A stretch of 64,000 nt of DNA, from positions 5,952,001-6,016,000 of the forward strand of contig NC_043012.1 in NCBI RefSeq assembly GCF_006345805.1, written 5' to 3'. The notes beneath the pieces were generated by a model, which did no database searches, was not told the origin of the DNA, and was given only the letters and a program-made list of their open reading frames with translations. This DNA comes from Octopus sinensis (lineage: Eukaryota). Every line of letters starts with the position of its first letter. Positions within the stretch are counted from its first letter, which is position 1. The position numbers were made by a program, and so were the translations under genes. Of this stretch, positions 52,895-64,000 are shown piece by piece.

Positions 52895-53300
52895 TATACA
52901 GTTCTATATTTAAGAGATGAGGAATTATTTTCATTTGACAGGTATTTGTCCTCATCTTGTTTGTTAACACGTTTCGGCTGATGTACCTTCCAGCCTTCAT
53001 CAGGCGTCTTGAGGAAATTTCAAACCTGGGTTCTCATTCCTAAGGTATTTTTCAATGTTATTCTTATTATTATTATTCAGGTCACTGCCAGGAATCGAAC
53101 TCGGAACTAACCCAAGATTCCAAGTTCGATTCCAGGCAGTGACCTGAATAATAATAATATCGAAAACTACCTTAGGAATGAGAACTCAGGTTTGAAATTT
53201 CCCCAATACACCTGATGAAGGCTGGAAGGTATATCAGCCGAAACGTTGTGTTAACAACAAACAAGATGAGGACAAATATCCGTCAAATGTAAATAATGGT
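52895..53300. mobile_element. Inverted pair of the hammerhead-tailed repeat (minus 52895-53105, plus 53106-53300)
   Basis: ~180-bp arms that are reverse complements apart from scattered mismatches and indels; the plus copy has an intact CTGATGA..GAAACGTT core. Confidence 0.8.
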
Positions 53301-53707
53301 TATAGACTATGTTACTATAAATCATTTATTGGAATGTTCTATTATATTTCTAGTGTAGTTTTTTTTCTAAACATATTTATTCAAATATATAGTCATACAT
53401 GTATGTTGATGTGTGTGTATGTATATATATATAAATTTACACTCATTTACATGTATTACATAGACAAATACAGGTATATCAAATACCATACAACAAATTT
53501 TTTTATGTATTAAAATTATCACTCTCTGGAGGATGTGCCACCATTACCAAAGGGCAATTGAGACCAGCTTCATATGGGTAGGGGAAGAAAACCTCAAGAA
53601 TCCAGAATACTCCAAAGTTGACTTCACATTAATGAAAATGATACTTATTGCCTGGAAATAAGAGAATTAGAGACACTTGGCATTCACTCATACCTGTTCA
53701 TACCTGT

Positions 53708-53822
53708 TCATGCAAATGTACACGAACGGTAATATTCCATATTTGTTGTTCCTTGATTGAAACGAGGGTGATACTGGTATTCCTTCATACTATGACTGGC
53801 TGATCTGCGTTTTCGAAGATGT
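53708..53822 (-). CDS. Candidate exon 2 of the prepropeptide (R-HLRKRRSASHSMKEYQYHPRFNQGTTNMEYYRSCTFA*)
   Basis: Strong acceptor ttttttttattctag, phase-compatible with the 55498 donor; RKRR furin-type site; strong donor acag|gtatga 4 nt after the stop. Confidence 0.4.
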
Positions 53823-53975
53823 CTAGAATAAAAAAAAAATCCCTTACTTGAAATACAGGTAAGGGTTAGCAGCAGGAAGAGCACCTGGGTATAAAATTTT
53901 GCCTTAAATAACTGTCCAACTCTATGAGGCATGGTAAAGCAGATGCAAAATGTATGAATGAAAGAACAATATTAT

Positions 53976-54022
<47 letters not shown>

Positions 54023-54571
54023 GCACACAAAGATTTAAACGTGTGTATGTATACATGTATTTATATGGATATATCTAGAAATATATACATATGTCTATAT
54101 ACACATATTCATGCAAATTCTCACACACACACACACCACATATATATACACACATGAATGTATGGCTGTGTACATGTATGTATATCATTATGTAAAATAT
54201 AAAATATATTTTACATCATGCAAACATTTTCTGATCTAGAAATTCATTATGTTGGGTGAAATAGACAGATATGTTTAGTATATCAAAGGTTGATGGTTTT
54301 TCCCAGACTAGGGCGAATCTCACTATAGACTGTCAACTGCTGATATGATAATTGTACATGTATGTGTGTGTGTGTGTGCATATATATATATATAGATGTG
54401 TGTGTTTCTATACATATATATAAAATTTTATTTATGTATATAGTTATATGCAAATAAATTATCCCACGGCTGAGTGGGGTCTGATGTTGAAATATCTGAT
54501 ACCTAGAAACTTCACTGACGATACATCCCACAGCATCCACAAGATGTATCTTAAAACTACATGTGTGTATG

Positions 54572-54618
<47 letters not shown>

Positions 54619-54649
54619 GTGTGTGTGTGTGTGTGTGTGTGTATCTGCA

Positions 54650-54703
<54 letters not shown>

Positions 54704-55497
54704 TTATGCATGGATGTTTGTATGTAAAAGTATGAAGAGAAATCGTTTATACAAAATGCTAAACAATGAAAAAGGAAGTCGTGACAAACACCATACAACA
54801 CCATTAGTATATTTTATATGTTTATATGAAAACAACAACAAAACCTAGTTAACTAACAAACCAATATTTACAACAGCAAGCAAGAAAGAAGGAAAAAAAA
54901 ACAAGCTGAAGAAATAAATATAGAAAGACGGAGAAAAAAGCACACGAAACAACTGATCCTAATTAAGGGTTAACGAGGGTAAACAAAACACAAACTGTAT
55001 ATTATAATTATATTATAAACATTTTTGCGTATTTTTTTCAAAAATGTTATCATCATCATCATTATTATCATTATCACTATTACTATTATCATTATTATAA
55101 TTGTCCTTGATATTAATATAATCGTCATTTATCATTATCATCATTATTCTTATTACTATTACTGTTATTACTATTATTATCATTATCATTATTATTATTT
55201 CTTTTGGAATCTAATACAGAAATAAACTTGTTATAGAATATACAAATGCTAACAGAAAAATACTTCCTTTGGTCAGATGATAAGCTATATATATATATGA
55301 AACATACACTAATGAAACTTGTTTCAAATCCAGCCTGCAGCAGGCATTCCTTCCTACTAGTAACTTCCATTTCTCACTCCTTTGAGTGTTTTTTTTTTTT
55401 TTTGACATCTCCTCCATCATTCCCATCAACACCATACCCCTTCCTTTATCTTCCATTTAGTTGTTCCCTTATTTTACCCATTGAAAGCACCCAGTAC

Positions 55498-55676
55498 CTG
55501 TTATTTCTATTGTTACTTATGCTACAATTGTTATCATCATTATTATTATTATTATTATTATTGCTGCCGATGTTTGAGCTGATGGCTTGTGCAGGCTCCA
55601 GTACCGTGATGGTAAGCAAGCAAACCAAACAAAGCGAAGCCAAAAAAAGAAAAACCAATTGTTTTACCAGATTCAC
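55498..55676 (-). CDS. Candidate exon 1 of a small secreted prepropeptide (signal-peptide-like segment + Asn-rich spacer)
   Basis: Frame (V/M)NLVKQLVFLFLASLCLVCLLTITVLEPAQA-ISSNIGSN8DDNNCSISNNRNN; donor acag|gtactg phase 2; strong acceptor tttaattttag at 55757. There is no ATG in frame (GTG only). Confidence 0.35.
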
Positions 55677-57239
55677 TCCTTAAAACTCCAAACTCCATTA
55701 ATGAATATCCCTGGCGGTGTGGGGGGTGGGGTGGAAACGTGAACATCAAGAAATACCTAAAATTAAAACACAAAACTTAATAAAAAACAAAAACAGAATC
55801 AACTTCATACATGTGAAAAACGAGGAAAATTGGATGATGATGATGATGATGATGAAACTAATAGAAATATCAAAAATAGTTGTGATTATTATTATTATTT
55901 AAATTTCTGACATAATTTAAAATTCTCTGGAGTATTTACCTTATTTTTTGTGTTTATTTTTTTCTGGTTAACATAAGTTTCTACAGGCTCAATCTTCTAT
56001 ATATATATGTGTGCATATATATACATATATATATATGTGCATACACACACACACACACACATGCATATACTTGAAGCTGATGAGTCCCTCTGTTGCTACT
56101 CGCAGTTTCTTAACATATATGTGTCATCTTTATATCTCCTTCAAGTTATCAACTGCATTTATTTGATATCCACTCAGAATCTTGGTGGGGATGGAGACAA
56201 TCCTCAGCTATGTAAAAAAGTAAGTATATGTAGTCAGTATAACCATATATATATATGTGTATATATTTATAAATAAGGATAATATCGATATTTAAATATC
56301 GATCTTATCAAGTGGCCAGCATGGGAATAAATACCATACAAAGGTAATAATTATTTAAAACTATAAATTAGGGTATCTAAGAGATACCACTATGCTGAAA
56401 TAGCAGTTAAGGGTCAGGGTTTTGACTGCTATTTCAGCATGGTTGTATCTCTCAGATACCCTCGATAATAGTTATATATATGTGTGTGTATATATATATA
56501 TATATATATGTGTATATATATATGCAAAATTAAATAAGGGTAGAAATTGATATTAATCAATTAAAACTAGTGGCTTGCATATTTTAAAAATCAGAAGATT
56601 AAAAATTGTTTCACATACAAAATTTATAAGACTGACCACTTGAGAACACATTCTTCGTGGTGATGTCGATTTGACGTCTATGTTTAGCATATAGGCTGTC
56701 CACTTTTAGTGGTCAGTCCTATAAATTTTTGTATATATATATGTAGATAGATAGATAGAATGGGTATCTGAAGATATTTGGAAATTTGATCAATGAAACT
56801 AAGATGAAAGACAAAATTGATTTTGATAATTGAGACGCCTGAAAATAATATTTATTGGCCACAAGGGACCCATTATACAAAATCTGTCATACGAAATGGG
56901 TTGCAAAATGTGTGTGTTTATATGTATAAGCATACTTAAGTCTCATGCACACACACTCTCACATATATACACATACATACATGTATGTATATATATATAT
57001 GACATGCATATATAAGGTGGATGGGAGAGTAAATTTTTGATACAGTGTTTGGAAACACAAATAAGGGAAACCTATCCACACAGGGATAGGAACCTGCCAT
57101 TCTGGTAGGCTTAGGGCAGCTCATGGCTTGGATCCCCTGCTTCAGCTTTAATTGAGCTGTAAAGCACCCCTCATCCTTTTGAAGACGGGCTCTTTACAAT
57201 TCTCCTGAACTTGATAATTCCTCAACTGTCAAACAGCCA

Positions 57240-58550
57240 CTGACATGGTCTTTTACAACCATTCATTACCAAGGGGTGCCTGGCACTTGTTTCCCCCATC
57301 ACCACCCTTCCACCATCTTCCTCAGTCAGTATTTGATTCATCCTCTCTCATAGTCAGCATTACCTCAAGTAAGCTAGGCTTCTTGTTCAAATTACCATTA
57401 AGTTCAGGCACTCTGTGGGGATGGGCCTCTCTTTGTGTCAAACTTCCAGCCTTTTGCTTGCCTTTTGTCTGAGTTGTTTGTACCGTACTCTCTTACCCTT
57501 GACAATTTCCCCATCCTTCTTCAGTTTTTGGTTTCGTGTCATTGCTCCAAGACGATGGGTAGCATTGCTCCTTATAGCATCTGGTTGGGCTGGAGGAAGA
57601 TCCTTGGGCATTGTCTATCCCTGGTACTGGTGGCTTTAAGGGTGGGGCTATTTCTTTTGCTTCTGCTCTGGCCATGCATAGAATTGTGATTGATAGGGCT
57701 TTGGAATCAATGATAGGAGCAGGCAGGGTTTTTTGCCCCTGGGGCCTGATATTGTTGGTGTTGTTGCTGTTTGCCACCCTCTTTTATTTCTTTTATTTTG
57801 CTTTTCTTCTGGACTGAACTACCTCAAGTGGCCTTTACTAACGTACATATAGCAACTGGGCCTTCTGACCTACATCACCAATCCAGTTGACTTCCTTTCC
57901 ACTCCCTCAATTGGGTACTGCTCCAGGACAGCCTTGTAATCATCAAGTTGGGTGGGTGGGTATCAGGACTTGAAGATTCATAGGAACCCCCATCACCACC
58001 ACTCTGCCACACATTGCTGTGGGTCAAATCAGCACAACACCACATCCTGTCTATACAACAAGCAAAGGGTCAATATCTTCTTGGTATCTCTCATTGTGAT
58101 CCTCAGATTACTGAGGCCCATGTACCTTAGCATCAGCCTATGGGTGATTTGTGTGGTGCACCTGCTCTACCTGTCCCCTCTTGATTTTAATGACCAGACT
58201 CGCATATCCATATATCGTGACTCAGTCAATGCAACACATCCTGTGACACTAGCAATCATCTATCATCTAAGAGTGCCTGGTACTCATACCTCACTATCCT
58301 CAATCAGCACAGTATTTGATTCATCCTGTTTTATGGTCAATATTAAATAAGTAAGTTAGAATTCTCCCTTCAAATTTACCATAAAGTTCAGACACTCCAC
58401 GAGGATCAGCACCTCTTCATGAGGGACTCTTAGCCTCTTGCTTGCCTTTTGTCTGGGCTCATTTTTGCCTCGTCTTTCTTTTCTCACTGTTTCCAGCAGT
58501 TTCCCCCACCCTCATCCAAGATTTTCTCTCGCTCCTTTTACAAGAAAGTC
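57240..58550 (-). mobile_element. Possible highly decayed Gypsy-type LTR element (two diverged direct repeats flanking ~0.75 kb)
   Basis: gtgcctgg..cagtatttgattcatcct..aagtaag..ttaccat.aagttcag.cactc..ttgcttgccttttgtctg occurs at ~57277-57470 and ~58273-58456; the minus frames between them contain TGCGVVLI and AMTRNQ-like motifs. Confidence 0.3.
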
Positions 58551-58849
58551 CTGCTTATATAACTATTTCCTTTTGGGGGTTAATAATTATAATAATTACA
58601 ATTATAATTACAGATGGACTGGCAGAACTAATAGAATATAAGATTATCCAATATTATTTCACTTTGTCATTTTTAGTTCTGTGTTCATATCCTAATGGTA
58701 TTTGATTTTGTATTTTATAATCCTGGGTCTGATAAATTAAGTACTAATTTATGCACTGTGATTTGTTATCCAACTATACTTCAAAATTCATGTCTTTGTG
58801 CCAATGTTAGAAACTGTTGTTATTTGAGTGCAGTTGATAAAAAAAAATC

Positions 58850-59110
58850 AAAAACCTCAGTAATTAACTGGTACTTGTATTTTATCAATCCAAATGTGGC
58901 GGGCTGGCAGAATCATTATCACACTGGACAAAAATACTTAGCATCATTCCTTCTGGCTCTTTATGTTCTGAGTTCAAATCCCACTGAGATTGACTTTGTC
59001 TTTCAACATTTCAGGGTTGATAAAATAAATACCAGTTGAGTTGCTGGGGTCAATATAATCTACTCACCCCTGCCCTCAAAATTGCAGGCCTTGTGCCAAA
59101 ATAAGAAAGA
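58850..59110 (+). mobile_element. SINE family A copy
   Basis: ggcgggctggcagaatc..gagttcaaatcccactgagattgactttgtctttc. Confidence 0.75.
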
Positions 59111-60120
59111 AATTTATTTTATCGACCCATTCACTCCTCTTCTCTTGAAGGATGAGAGGCAAAGTTGACCCCGTCAGGGTTCATTCTCAGAAAATGTTTC
59201 CCCTGCTGGTTTCATCTTTGCTCACATTCTCCTAGGGCTACAGTGAAGTGCTGGGGTTGATGGGGTTGCTAGAAATAACTGTTACCCTCACCACAAATCT
59301 CTGGCCTTGTGCCTGTATTAGAAACCATTTTTATTATTATTATAATTATTTGTTGTTGTTGTTGCTATTTTTGTTACAGTTCAGTAGTTGGTGTACAACC
59401 AATTCTGAGAATTACTCTTAGACTGATAAGACTTCTAAAGAAGGCATGAACATTACAACATCCTGTTTTCTTCCCTCTAGCCCTCTCTTTTGTAAATCTG
59501 AGACCACCTTTCTACTTGAAATAAAAATCTATCATATTAATACTGTACACCTGAGAACACACTGTAAAACAAAGGTAAGCTCCCAGCTGAGTTTCAAACC
59601 AAGATTGCTTGCATTTCACTTCACTTGAAAAATTAATGTATTTGGGAAAAGGCATGAAAAAAAAAAAATCACAGTTTCTGGTTCTAACTTTTCTAAAAAT
59701 GAATCATGTCTGAAGCCTTTGTACTTACATGAAGGACAATTGTTATTAAAAATGAAAGGTTAACCCTCAGAAATTCTGTTTGTTGTATGAATACGGACAC
59801 GCACACATGTATACACATATACATGGAGATGCACACATAATACATAAACACATGTATGAACATGTATACACACATATTTGTACACACACACAAACACTAT
59901 ATGTGTATATGTATGTATATGTGTGTGTGTGTCTAGTTATGAAGTTGATATATATTGCGCTATATACCAGCAGTAATCCTTGGTGGACACATGATAATGT
60001 GAAATATTTCATGAAGGTGTAGCCATTGGTGTTCACTTCATATATAATAAATAGATAAATAATTAAATAATTTACACTCTGCAAATGCTGTGTTGAGTAT
60101 GTTGACAGTTTGTGATATTA

Positions 60121-60151
<31 letters not shown>

Positions 60152-61174
60152 ATCTGTATGTATATTCCATAACAAAATGCAATAAAATGTTCCCCTGATC
60201 TGTTGTGGTCAGGCATCCAAATGCCCTTTGAACATCCAGTATGGAAATATACATAGCAACTAAATATAGATACTGGTGTTTATCTTAATTTCCCACTTCA
60301 CACACACACACAATGTGTATATATGATCAAGCAGACTCCAGAGAGGCTGGTGTTGGTCTGCACCACAAGGATTTATGTAGCAAAATTGATTGAAAGAATA
60401 TAATGAACTTGCAGTGAAGAGAGGAAAATTCAACATTTCAGATAAAGTCCTTCGAGGAAAAGTTGAAAGGAGAGAAATTAATGAGAGACAGCAGAGTTTT
60501 CCAATTTCCACAATATTCACTGTACTCTTTTTATTGATTTTACTACACACACACACACACATTTGTACAAATCAGAGAAAGAGTACTTAACATGTCATAG
60601 AGTTTCATTTATTAAAAAAAAATAAAACTGTGACTCATGGGGTTGCATCAGAGCAAATGATTGGCTTTTAATGAACAAGGTGGAAAGACATTTTGGAAAC
60701 TGGCCAAACCATACAAGATTTAAAGAACAAAAAAAAAAGGATATAAAATATATTTAATGCCCATATCATCATATAGATAAAGATTTTACTCTAAAATTCC
60801 TTCTAGTTCATAATTCAAATTTTATTCAGTCTTAGAAGTATCATTGCAAACTGCTGTATTATTTACACACTATATATTTTATACTGGCTGATTTGACTTT
60901 GTTTCAGGAGTAAATGACATTGACAAGCTGCAACAACAGTGAAATGTGCATTTGTCATTCTTGTCATTTCTGGAGCAATTTTGTTGTTCCTAGCTCTGAA
61001 GTATATTGTCTTTTAACACATCTTTAAAGGGATTTTTCCCAGATGAAAAAAAAAATGCTTCTTCTAGCTTTTCAATGATACATGTTAAGTATGTATATAC
61101 CATGGATAGAGACTGCTTTTCCTTGTGTAGAGCACCAAAACATTCAATATACACACACACACACACACACACAC

Positions 61175-61221
<47 letters not shown>

Positions 61222-61749
61222 TTTGAATTTGTTTACAGGAAACGTTTTGAATATGCAAATTAAGCTCCTGTTCCATTATGTTGGCCACAGTCTAGTGATG
61301 CTGACGGGTGAACCAGTTTTTTGGGGTTGCATCGAGCTGTACCTATATAATGTAGGATAAATATAATAACAATAATCCTTGGATGGAATTTATAAACATT
61401 TAATACATCGCTACATGTATTTCCACAAACTGCATATCTCGGGAATAGGGACTACGATCTTAAGATATGTGGTTTGTGGGAACACGCGTAGTGATGCATT
61501 AAATGTTTATATATATATATGTATGTATATTAGTAATAATTTTAAATTTGGACATGCATCTTATAGTGTGCCATTTAAAGCCAGTTGACAGTATTCAGCT
61601 ACCTGATGTCATCAACTGTATGGACATAAATCCCATTGGATTTACTTAAGGGATTTTCTTGTCTGTAGAGTTTATAACGTATGAGAGAAAGAGAAGGAAA
61701 ATGGATTTATGAGATTCTTGATTAATGTGTGTGTGTATATATATATATT

Positions 61750-62082
61750 GAGACCCCCTTTGGTCATGACTGACCGTAGGATTGCACCTAGAAAGTTACC
61801 CTCCCAGGCACAAGTCTGGGCAAGGTTGTTTATGGAAGACCAGTAGTCGCCCATGCATACCAGCCTCCCCTCTCCACACCACCAGTGTTATCCAAAGGAA
61901 AGCAAAGGGGCCGATACAGCTTGGCACCTGTGACGTCGCAACTCATTTCTACAGCTGAGTTAACTGAAGCAACATGAAATAAAGTGTCTTGCTCAAGAAC
62001 ACAATATGCAGCCCGGTCCGGGATTCAAACCCACAACCTCACAATCGTAAGCTTGATGCTCTAACCACTGAGCTATGCACCT
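61750..62082 (-). mobile_element. SINE family F (partial copy at 33895-34125)
   Basis: Minus head ggtgcatagctcagtggttagagc..gggtttgaatcccgg; body ctagaaagttaccctc..aggcacaagtc shared with 33895. Confidence 0.75.
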
Positions 62083-62489
62083 TCACATATATATATATGT
62101 ATGTATATGTATATACACACACACTGCACCTGTTTTGTACCATGGTTTCATGCTAGTTTGCAGTCATTTGGATATCAGACTCTTCTACTATGTTTGGTGA
62201 GGCAAAAGTCACATATAAATATATGAACGTTTATGTTTATACGCCTAATGAATGTGATAACTTCTTTGAATTAATGTCCAAACATGCAACACGGTTATGA
62301 AGTACTCAATACACAAAGTGTGAAATGTAACAAATCACAGCTAACAATTTGAGTGGAGTTTCAATCTCTGAATCTCCTCAGGAATAATACACATACATAT
62401 ATAGCATGTATGCATGAAGATGTCTCTGTGTGTGTATAAGTTGCTGAAGAATGTGTGTATGATAAAATATTTGTGTGTATACACTAATA

Positions 62490-62795
62490 ACGTGGAGGCA
62501 CATGGCCTAGTGGTTAGAGCAGCAAACTCGCGGTTGAGGGATCGTGGGTTCAAATCTCAGACCGGGCAATGTGTGTTTTTATGAGCGAAAACACCTAAGC
62601 TCCACGCAGCTCCGACAGAAGGTAATGGCAAACCTCTGCTGATTCTTTCACCACAACTTTCTCTCACTCTTTCCTCCTGCATCTTGCAGCTCACCTGTGA
62701 CGGACCGGTGACCTGTCCAGGTGGGGAACCTATATGCCAAGGAAACCGGGAAACCAGCCCTTATGAGCCAGGCGTGGCTCAAGAAGGACCAAGCA
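62490..62795 (+). mobile_element. SINE, family C-related variant (related heads at 39530 and, on minus, 26915-27185)
   Basis: gtggaggcacatggcctagtggttagagcagc..gggttcaaatctcagaccggg tRNA-like head. Confidence 0.75.
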
Positions 62796-63094
62796 ATACA
62801 CTAATAACTCGTATCAACATTTACAAAGTCTTCAACTACTATTCAACTTTCACATTTTCTAATTCTTTAGCCTTGAAACCTTTTATACAGCCCTAAATAG
62901 CACATGTCAAAATCTCTTAAATTTCTTATGTAAATATATCATTAGTTAATAAGTCGTATGGCACAGACCTGGTAGTTTACTGGAAAAGCACATTTTCTTT
63001 CACAGTGTTCATTGGCTATTTGGTTAATGAGAGAAATAGAAGGTAGAAGAATTGTATCTTCCATCTCTCAAACATAATATATATTATGTAAAGG

Positions 63095-63300
63095 TGGTGA
63101 GTTGGCAGGCTCGTTAGGATGTCAGGTAAAATGCTTAGCGGCAATTTTTCAGGCTTCACATTCTGAGTTCAAATTCTGCTGAGGTTGACCTATCATTTCA
63201 TCCTTTTGGGATCAATAAAATAAGTACCAGTTGAGTACTGGGGTTGATGAAACTGACTTCCTCCAAAATATCAGGCTCTGTGCCTTTAATACAAAGAATT
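63095..63300 (+). mobile_element. SINE family A copy
   Basis: ggtggtgagttggcagg..gagttcaaattctgctgaggttgacc. Confidence 0.75.
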
Positions 63301-63466
63301 TATGAGTGTGTCTGTGTATATATATATATATATATATATCTGTAAAATAATATGTGATAATTATTCAATAGCCAAGATAAAACTCTGAGTTTCGGATGCT
63401 GAGGTGGAAACCCACAGCACCATCTCTTCAGTTATCTGGCCATCTATATATATGTATATATATATA

Positions 63467-63751
63467 CGAGGTCTGATCAATAAGTATCTAGACTGTTACC
63501 ATAGCAATGAAGCTAAAGCACGCAGAGTGAAGCTGCTCAGCACAGATTAACCTTGAACTCTGCTGTGCATGTGCACTAAGTTTTAACATTCTAGCTCTCT
63601 TCTACTATTTACAGCAGTGCTTGGAAGGAAGGTGTGCAGTGTGTGATCATCACTTGACTATGACTGAGAAAGTTGTCATGGCGACACCTGCTCAGAGGCC
63701 TACGCAAAGTTGCAGAGAGTGTATAAGTCAGACACAAGTTTACGAGTCGTT
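63467..63751 (+). mobile_element. Mariner 5' end fragment
   Basis: TA|CGAGGTCTGATCAATAAGTATC terminus, then decayed N-terminal HTH GDTCSEAYAKLQRVY / CISQTQVYESF. Confidence 0.7.
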
Positions 63752-64000
63752 CATCATCATCATTATTATTATTATTATTATTATTATTAATATTATTTTT
63801 ATTGTATTTTGTATTTATATTCGTGCAACATTGTCTGTTTTTCTGTCCATGTTTTCGTATATATTCGATGCTTTTTTTCCCAAGGAATCTAATGCTCTTA
63901 GCTTAGGTTTTCCTTGGGGATGGCCAGATTGGAGTAATCTCAAGATTAATCAGCTGAAGTTGCGAGGATGATCCGGTTCTTGACTGAAGATAAAAGGCTT

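Noticed and set aside
53704-53822. Alternative frame DIFENADQPVIV*RNTSITLVSIKEQQIWNITVRVHLHEQ as a selenoprotein exon
   Set aside because: The single in-frame TGA lacks a redox motif or recognisable selenoprotein family, and no SECIS was identified.
60908-61012. Plus acceptor followed by a transmembrane-like frame (VKCAFVILVISGAILLFLALKYIVF*)
   Set aside because: That frame has stops between the acceptor and the hydrophobic stretch; there is no consistent upstream phase.
63375-63435. Minus-strand CTGAAGA..CGAAAC hammerhead-like motif
   Set aside because: Stem II register, cleavage triplet and stem I do not fit; too degenerate to support.

Overview
AT-rich, microsatellite- and repeat-dense eukaryotic DNA. 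The repeat content (tRNA-headed SINEs, RTE and CR1 LINE ends, Penelope-type tails) suggests an octopus/coleoid cephalopod genome; this is an inference. The main gene is a plus-strand PDZD2/IL16-family multi-PDZ scaffold. It has nine in-phase GT-AG coding exons from 29301 to 50574 (524 aa, three PDZ domains), and a possible start exon at 9795-9842. Most provided ORFs are microsatellite or repeat artefacts. Introns and flanks hold a decayed Merlin (IS1595/IS1016-like) transposase, Tc1/mariner, pogo-like and piggyBac-like MITE remnants, CR1/RTE fragments and dozens of SINEs. Four observations stand out. (1) A tRNA-headed repeat carries a minimal hammerhead-ribozyme-like tail and recurs as inverted pairs; one copy has an intact core at 53208-53251. 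(2) A candidate convergent minus-strand spliced transcript could encode a small secreted prepropeptide with an RKRR site, and a further antisense exon overlaps the PDZ gene stop codon. (3) A ~98%-identical inverted CR1 pair brackets three PDZ-gene exons (circRNA or ADAR candidate). (4) There are several near-perfect fold-back hairpins. Repeat boundaries are approximate (+/-20 bp); exon boundaries were read base by base.
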